From positions 1-37,723 of the IMG/VR virus record IMGVR_UViG_3300006188_000297: 37,723 nucleotides of DNA, one strand, 5' to 3'. This DNA comes from a virus. Taxonomy: Duplodnaviria; Caudoviricetes. Both the position numbers and the translations under genes were made by a program. Under the pieces are notes generated by a model. The model was given only the letters and a program-made list of their open reading frames with translations, had not been told where the DNA came from and did not search any database. Positions 31,971 to 37,723 of this stretch are shown here, piece by piece (positions within the stretch are counted from its first letter, which is position 1; every line of letters starts with the position of its first letter).

Positions 31971-32690
31971 TCAGGTGGGAGCGTCGGACTGCAGCTCGGT
32001 CAAGCGGCGCTCCAATCGCTCCACGTCTTTTTTCACGCCCACCTTGTCAAACAAGGTGACGGCGCGTGTCAGGTGCTCCAGCGCGATTTGCACGGGCTGC
32101 AGCTCCAGCTGTTTGGGGTCCACCTCGGTGGTGGTGGTCTTGCCCATGGCGGCCCAGCCGATGGCCTTGTGCAGCTTCGCGCGCACCTGGTCATGGATGT
32201 CCAGGCCGGTGGTGAGCTGATCCACCTTGGCCAGCGTGACCAGGGCGTCATGGCCGGCCAGCTTGCCGGCAATGGCGGCCTCGGCGGTTTCTTCCATGAC
32301 CACGGCCGGCAGGTCGCGGTTGTACTGGTCGGGCATCTTGAGCTGGTGACGCAGCGCGTAGTCGGCCAGTTCAAGGACGCGGGGCCAATTGCCCACGTCG
32401 ATCTGCCACACGAGCACCTCCACCAGCACCGGGTCATGCGCGCCGGCATCGGCCTGCAGCACGCCGTCGAGGTAGGCATCAAAGTCGGGCAGGAACTTGG
32501 CTTTTGCCGCAATCTTGTTTTCGACGGCCTTGATGTTTTTCAGCGTGGACTTGTGGGCGTGGAGCGTGGCCAGCATGAGCTGGTGTTCACTGCCTTGCAT
32601 GGGGCCGTGCGGGTCGATGGCGGCGGATGCGGCGGCCTCTTGTTCCGCCAGCACACGCATGCGGTGCAGGCGCGCGGGAGTCATTGGCAT
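31971..32690 (-). CDS. M: Terminase small subunit gpM
   Basis: MTPARLH, W.IDVG, DQVRAKLHKA, GVKKDVERLER. Confidence 0.92.
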   Translation of the reverse strand: MPMTPARLHRMRVLAEQEAAASAAIDPHGPMQGSEHQLMLATLHAHKSTLKNIKAVENKIAAKAKFLPDFDAYLDGVLQADAGAHDPVLVEVLVWQIDVGNWPRVLELADYALRHQLKMPDQYNRDLPAVVMEETAEAAIAGKLAGHDALVTLAKVDQLTTGLDIHDQVRAKLHKAIGWAAMGKTTTTEVDPKQLELQPVQIALEHLTRAVTLFDKVGVKKDVERLERRLTELQSDAPT

Positions 32691-32772
32691 GGTGTGTTCC
32701 AGGTGGTGGCTTGCAACATGGGCCGCGCCGCTGAGCTGCTGCGCGGCCTTGGCCCCTCGGCTTGGGGCCTGG

Positions 32773-33783
32773 CTATTCGATGAATTCGATGTTTTCGACG
32801 AAGGCGCAGGCGCCGAAATCCTCGATCACATAGTCGTCGTTGGAGCTGTTGAAAAAGTCCACTTGGTTCATGGACGGGTTGTCGATGATGGCCTTGCGGC
32901 GCGCATCGCGTTGCCAGTAGATGGACAGGTTTTTCAGAGGCGTGATGAGCAGGCCACCGTCGATGAAGAAAGGCACGGTCACTGCCTGACTGCCGCCCAG
33001 GCGCATCTGGCTCACAACCATGTCGGCCGCCAGGCGCTCGCTGGGCAGATCGTTGTTGTTCACGATGGGGAACAGCTTGTCATGCATCAGGTCATCGCTG
33101 CAGATGGCGCGCAGATCCGGGTGCTTGCGGTGCCACGAATCAATCAGCGAGTGCTTGGCATCCATGGCCAGGGCGTCGAGGTTCTTGTAGTCGCCACCCG
33201 GCCCCACAGTGACCTTGCCCGCCACCTTGCCAGAAGACATGACGCGCTCGGGCGCCTCTTCGCGCAGGCGCTGCAGCCACCCCTTGGTCAGATCCTGCAG
33301 CAGAGGGTTGGCGGTCAGGTTGGTGGTGGCCTTGGCTTCCTTGCCGTTCCATCCCACCATGATTCGGTCCAGCGCATTGCGTTCGGCAATCAGGTCGCTG
33401 ATACGCACCTGAAAGTCGGGGAAGTGCGCCCAGGCATCGAGCATCGCGTACTTGATGTGGGTATCGGAATCAATCTGCAGGCAGTGATATCCGGTCTTGT
33501 CCTTGCCTGTCGGATCTTTGGTCTTGCGGGGGCCGTCAGCGGTGGTGTCCGTGCGGCTGGCGACGGGACGGGTGAGGCTCAGACCCACCTTTTCGCCCTG
33601 CTGCGGCACCACGGGCAGGATGTTGATGGACTTCAGGAATGAACTCGATTCCTGCATGCGGGTTTCCAGCTTCTGCTGCACGGTCGGCGAGACGTTGAAG
33701 TGTCGCGCGACGCTGGCCACGCCCGACAGTTGGGCTTGCCGTGTCGTGTAGGCATCAAAGAGGGCTGCGGTTTCGTTGCGCAT
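32773..33783 (-). CDS. N: Major capsid protein gpN
   Basis: PTVQQKLE, ASRTDT, LDAWAHFPDFQ, NPLLQD, NLSIYWQ. Confidence 0.96.
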   Translation of the reverse strand: MRNETAALFDAYTTRQAQLSGVASVARHFNVSPTVQQKLETRMQESSSFLKSINILPVVPQQGEKVGLSLTRPVASRTDTTADGPRKTKDPTGKDKTGYHCLQIDSDTHIKYAMLDAWAHFPDFQVRISDLIAERNALDRIMVGWNGKEAKATTNLTANPLLQDLTKGWLQRLREEAPERVMSSGKVAGKVTVGPGGDYKNLDALAMDAKHSLIDSWHRKHPDLRAICSDDLMHDKLFPIVNNNDLPSERLAADMVVSQMRLGGSQAVTVPFFIDGGLLITPLKNLSIYWQRDARRKAIIDNPSMNQVDFFNSSNDDYVIEDFGACAFVENIEFIE

Positions 33784-33834
33784 TGTGGTTTTCCTCGGTG
33801 TGTCGGTGGTGGTCTGGTGGGCCTGACGCGGCTA

Positions 33835-34680
33835 TCAGTAGTCGGCCATTGCCTGGCCGTTGCCGCCTGTGGCGGGTGGGCGTTGATGGCCCGTCTGTTC
33901 CTGCTGGCTGAGCTTTTTCACCAGGTCGGTGTGCTGCGTTTGCAGCTGGGCGAACTGGCCGGCCATTTCGTCCTGCTTTTGCGCCATGGTCTTGAGCACC
34001 TTGCTGGCCTCGGCGAAGGCTTCCACCAGCGGCGCCTGGTCAGCCGTCGCGCTGTGCGTCTGCACGGGCTCGGGCTTTTTCTCGGGCTGCTGTGGGGAGA
34101 GCTTGTCCAGGAACTTGGAGAACATGCCCACCATGGCCTGCATGGCGCCGGCATCGCTGCCAGTAGGGACTGCGGCTTCTTGCTCCAGCTCCAGGCTGAA
34201 ATGCTCGGCGGCGGTGAAGAGGTTGCCCGGCTTGATCTTGCGGCCGGCCAGCGGGCTGGTGTTGGGATGCTGCGCGGCAAACTGCAGCATCTCGGTGCCC
34301 AGGCTGGCCGGCGTGTCGGTGACGGCCAGGCCGACCATATAGGCCTCTCCGGAGCCCGCGAAATCGGGGTCCACCTCGATGGAGGTATAGAGCTTCTGGC
34401 CCTTTTGGTTGATGGCGATCAGCGAGTCCAGGGGCTGAATCTGCGCATACAGCGCGAGCTTGCCGTCTGCCTCCTGCTTGGCCTGCACGGAAAGCACGTC
34501 GCCCTGGGCGGCAAACGAGCTGTCAGGCAGCAGGCCGCGCATGTGCTCGATCCAGACACGGGCGCCGTATTTCTTCGGGTCGAAGTTGCGAGCCATTTGC
34601 TCGATCCACGCCCGAGAAATGGTGCGGCCATCAGTAGTGGCACCTTCGGTAGCCACGCGGAACAACTTGGACTTTTTCAT
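33835..34680 (-). CDS. O: Capsid scaffolding/protease gpO
   Basis: FRVATEGATTDGRTI, QKLYTSIE, GLAVTDTPASLGTE. Confidence 0.95.
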   Translation of the reverse strand: MKKSKLFRVATEGATTDGRTISRAWIEQMARNFDPKKYGARVWIEHMRGLLPDSSFAAQGDVLSVQAKQEADGKLALYAQIQPLDSLIAINQKGQKLYTSIEVDPDFAGSGEAYMVGLAVTDTPASLGTEMLQFAAQHPNTSPLAGRKIKPGNLFTAAEHFSLELEQEAAVPTGSDAGAMQAMVGMFSKFLDKLSPQQPEKKPEPVQTHSATADQAPLVEAFAEASKVLKTMAQKQDEMAGQFAQLQTQHTDLVKKLSQQEQTGHQRPPATGGNGQAMADY

Positions 34681-34729
34681 GTGTGCAGGTTGGCGAGTAG
34701 GTTGATAGGCCCCTTTTGGGGATGCCTCT

Positions 34730-34828
34730 ATGCTCCCGCCGCACCGCGGAGGCGTCCAACTGAATGGCCGGTGCGAGGCGATCACAGCGGGCAAAGGTGA
34801 TGCGCGCGCGCGAGGGCATGCAGACACT
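34730..34828. promoter_or_regulatory. Divergent late promoters pO and pP sharing a putative Ogr site
   Basis: GGCCGGTGCGAGGCGATCA starting at 34766, 36 nt from pO -10 end (GAGCAT, 34730); plus-strand GACACT 34823-34828 lies 7 nt before ATG 34836. Confidence 0.6.
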
Positions 34829-34835
34829 CGATGGC

Positions 34836-36689
34836 ATGACTTCTGCCGTGCGCCGAAAGAGGCCTGCCAACCCCTTTCCCATCCAACCCGACGCCCCGCC
34901 GCCCGACCAGGTGCAGCTGCTGCATGACCTCACTGCAGACGGGGAGGCGGGCCAGCGGCGCCAGGCTCGGGCGCTGTATTGGATGGGGTGGCGCATCACC
35001 CATATCGCCGAGCACCTGGGCATCGCTCGTACCACGCTGCACGACTGGAAAAAGGCCGATGGATGGGACGCGGCCAAGCCCGTGGAGCGCGTCGAGGGAT
35101 CGCTGGAAATGCGCCTGTGCACGCTCATCCACAAGGAGGGCAAGGGCAACGGCGATTACAAGGAAATGGACGCGCTGGGGCGTGCCCTGGAGCGCTTGGC
35201 GCGCGTGCACAAATACGAGCGCACGGGCCGCGAAACAGATTTGAATCCGGCCATTGAAAAGCGCAATGCCGGGCCAAAAAAGCAGCCCGAGCGCAATCAC
35301 TTCACGTCCGAGGACGTGGACAAGATCACACAGGCATTTCTGGATTCGCTTTTCAACTATCAGAAGACATGGTGGGAGCAGATCCAGCAGCGCACGCGCG
35401 CCATTCTCAAATCGCGCCAGATTGGGGCAACGTGGTACTTCGCCCGCGAGGCCCTGATTGATGCCCTGCAGACAGGCCGCAATCAGATTTTTCTTTCGGC
35501 CAGCCGTGCGCAGGCCCATGTTTTCCGGCAGTACATCATCGCGTTTGCAAAGGAGCATTGCGATATCGATTTGAAGGGCGACCCCATCGTCCTGAGCAAT
35601 GGCGCCACGCTGTATTTCCTGGGCACGAGCGCCCGCACCGCGCAGTCGTACCACGGCAATCTCTATTTCGATGAATTTTTTTGGGTCAACAACTTCACGG
35701 AGCTGTGGAAGGTGGCCAGCGGTATGGCCATCCACAAGCATTGGCGCAAGACGCTGTTTTCCACGCCCAGCAGCCTGCAGCACCAGGCCTATGCCCTGTG
35801 GAGCGCCGAACGCATCAACAAGAAGCGCGCAAAGAAGGACCGCATAGAGCTGGACCTGAGCCATTCGCACCTGGCTGGAGGCTTCACCGGCGAGGACAAG
35901 ATATGGCGGCAGATTGTCACGGTGCTGGATGCGCAGCGCGGCGGCTGCAATCTGTTCGACCTTGACGAACTGCGCTTCGAGTATTCGGACGAGGAATGGG
36001 ACAACCTGCTCATGTGCGGGTTTGTCGATGACACCTTCGCCGTTTTCCCGCTGTCCACGTTGATGCGCTGCCATGCGGACAGCTGGGATGCGTGGAGCGA
36101 TTTCAAGCCCTTCACGATGCGGCCGTATGGCAGCAAACCCGTCTGGATTGGCTATGACCCCAGCCACACAGGCGATTCTGCCGGCCTGGTGGTGCTTGCG
36201 GCGCCCGACAGGCCCGGGGGCAAGTTCCGTGTGCTGGAGCGCATCCAGTTCAAGGAGCCGGACTTTGAGGACCAGGCCGAAGTCATCCGCAAGATGACGG
36301 AGAAATACAACGTGGCCCACATCTGCATCGACACCACGGGTCTGGGTCAGGGCGTTTATCAGATCGTCAAGAAGTTTTTCCCGTCCGTGAAGTCGCTGCA
36401 GTACAGCGTGGAAGTCAAAACGCGCCTGGTGATGAAGGCGCAAAGCCTGATGCGCGCCGGCCGCTTTGAATTCGACTCCGGCGACGTGGATCTGCAGCGC
36501 AGTTTCATGGCCATCAAACGCGAATTGACGGGCTCGGGCAAAAGCGTGACCTATGCGGCGGGCCGTGGCGGCGAGACAAGCCACGCGGATCTGGCCTGGG
36601 CCTGCATGAATGCGATGGACAACGAGCCACTGGAGGCCGTCGCCGTGGGCGGTGTTCCCAGTCGCACGACTTTGGAGATTTTTGGATGA
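34836..36689 (+). CDS. P: Terminase large (ATPase) subunit gpP
   Basis: ILKSRQIGATWYFAREA, YFDEFFW, GYDPS...GDSAG, HADLAWA; start chosen from promoter position. Confidence 0.96.
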   Translation: MTSAVRRKRPANPFPIQPDAPPPDQVQLLHDLTADGEAGQRRQARALYWMGWRITHIAEHLGIARTTLHDWKKADGWDAAKPVERVEGSLEMRLCTLIHKEGKGNGDYKEMDALGRALERLARVHKYERTGRETDLNPAIEKRNAGPKKQPERNHFTSEDVDKITQAFLDSLFNYQKTWWEQIQQRTRAILKSRQIGATWYFAREALIDALQTGRNQIFLSASRAQAHVFRQYIIAFAKEHCDIDLKGDPIVLSNGATLYFLGTSARTAQSYHGNLYFDEFFWVNNFTELWKVASGMAIHKHWRKTLFSTPSSLQHQAYALWSAERINKKRAKKDRIELDLSHSHLAGGFTGEDKIWRQIVTVLDAQRGGCNLFDLDELRFEYSDEEWDNLLMCGFVDDTFAVFPLSTLMRCHADSWDAWSDFKPFTMRPYGSKPVWIGYDPSHTGDSAGLVVLAAPDRPGGKFRVLERIQFKEPDFEDQAEVIRKMTEKYNVAHICIDTTGLGQGVYQIVKKFFPSVKSLQYSVEVKTRLVMKAQSLMRAGRFEFDSGDVDLQRSFMAIKRELTGSGKSVTYAAGRGGETSHADLAWACMNAMDNEPLEAVAVGGVPSRTTLEIFG

Positions 36690-37723
36690 CAGAACCCACA
36701 ACCCCAGCGGGCACCATGACGGCGCCGGCTACTGCCGAGGCTTTCTCTTTCGGCGATCCCGAGGCCGTGCTGGACCGGCGCGAAATCTTGGACTACGTGG
36801 AATGCTGGCTCAATGGGGATTGGTACGAAACCCCCATCAGCTTCGATGGCTTGGCGCGCACGCTGCGCGCTGCCACCCACCACGAAAGCGCCATCCAGTT
36901 CAAGGCCCAGGTGCTCGCCAGCACGCTGCGCCCTCATCCGCTTCTGAACCGCGCCACGGTGCAGTGGGCTGCTTTGGACTTCCTTGTTTTCGGCAATGGC
37001 TACTTTGAGCGCCCGCGCAATCGTCTGGGTGGCTCATTGCCCCTGCGCCACGTACTGGCCAAGTACACAAGGCGGCATCGTGGTCTGAAACTCTTTGGTT
37101 TCTGCCGCACCTGGCAGGAAGAGCACACGTTTCCCGAAGGCAGCATTTGCCACATCCTCCAGCCCGATGTGCACCAGGAAATCTATGGACTGCCGCAGTA
37201 CCTGGCCGCGCTGCAGTCCGCCTGGCTCAATGAGTCGGCCACGCTGTTTCGGCGCCGGTATTACAACAATGGGAGCCATGCCGGATACATCCTCTATCTG
37301 AGCGATCCCGAAGTGGAAAAAGACGATGTGGATGCGCTGCGCCAGGCCTTGAAATCTTCCAAGGGCATGGGCAATTTCCGCAATCTGTTTTTCCATTCGC
37401 CCGGCGGCAAAGAGAAAGCCATCCAACTGCTGCCCATCGGCGAGGCGGCGGCCAAGGATGAATTTTTCAACATCAAGAACGTGAGCCGCGATGACCAATT
37501 GGCCGCCCACCGCGTGCCTCCGCAGCTCATGGGCGTGGTGCCGGCCAATGCAGGTGGCTTCGGCGATGTGGTCAACGCTGCACGGGTGTTCGCGCGCAAC
37601 GAAATCCAGCCCCTGCAGACGCGCTTCGCGCAGGCCATCAATGAATGGATGGGGGATGTTGTCTGCAGCTTTGACCCCTACCTACTGCCCAGCATTGAGC
37701 CGGCCCAGCAAGGTCTGGTGTAG
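36686..37723 (+). CDS. Q: Portal protein gpQ
   Basis: AFSFGDP, QEIYGLPQY, LNESATLFRRRYYNNGSHAG, AHRVPPQLMG. Confidence 0.96.
   Translation: MTEPTTPAGTMTAPATAEAFSFGDPEAVLDRREILDYVECWLNGDWYETPISFDGLARTLRAATHHESAIQFKAQVLASTLRPHPLLNRATVQWAALDFLVFGNGYFERPRNRLGGSLPLRHVLAKYTRRHRGLKLFGFCRTWQEEHTFPEGSICHILQPDVHQEIYGLPQYLAALQSAWLNESATLFRRRYYNNGSHAGYILYLSDPEVEKDDVDALRQALKSSKGMGNFRNLFFHSPGGKEKAIQLLPIGEAAAKDEFFNIKNVSRDDQLAAHRVPPQLMGVVPANAGGFGDVVNAARVFARNEIQPLQTRFAQAINEWMGDVVCSFDPYLLPSIEPAQQGLV

Larger units (their letters stand above)
1..37723. mobile_element. P2-like temperate prophage (integrase to portal; att/cos outside window)
   Basis: Syntenic set of P2-type genes (Q,P,O,N,M,L,X,lysis,R,S,V,W,J,I,FI,FII,E,E',T,U,D, Ogr-like, A) plus integrase and repressor; no obvious disrupted core gene. 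Confidence 0.97.

Noticed and set aside
34782-36701. 639-aa minus-strand ORF
   Set aside because: Antisense shadow of terminase P
1-37723. tRNA, CRISPR array, att core, cos or dif-like site
   Set aside because: None recognised by eye; the window is clipped at the int start and Q stop, so att/cos are expected outside

Overview
The whole 37.7-kb window is an apparently intact P2-like (Peduoviridae-type) prophage from a GC-rich, probably betaproteobacterial host (host is an inference). It runs from the integrase start (1) to the portal stop (37723); att and cos sites lie outside the window. Gene order follows the phiCTX/Burkholderia-phage pattern: int, a leftward early operon (xis-like HTH, C5 DNA methyltransferase, rolling-circle initiator A with ori, Ogr-like activator, RHH protein), a divergent tandem-HTH repressor, a ~4.3-kb accessory island, then the tail, lysis and head genes with P and Q divergent. 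The island (9378-13660) is the most interesting part. It holds a membrane-anchored WYL-like/BRCT protein behind the repressor, a LexA-box-controlled two-gene operon, and a brnT-brnA-led operon carrying three small unknown genes, a structured spacer and a second, catalytically intact tyrosine recombinase lacking an arm-binding domain. Other notable signals are four TRD-like repeats in the methyltransferase, overlapping TCGA-N6-TCGA operators, a non-P2 late-promoter motif at identical spacing in three promoters, and a non-canonical multi-gene tail-tip module. All calls come from motif recognition by eye; no searches were run.
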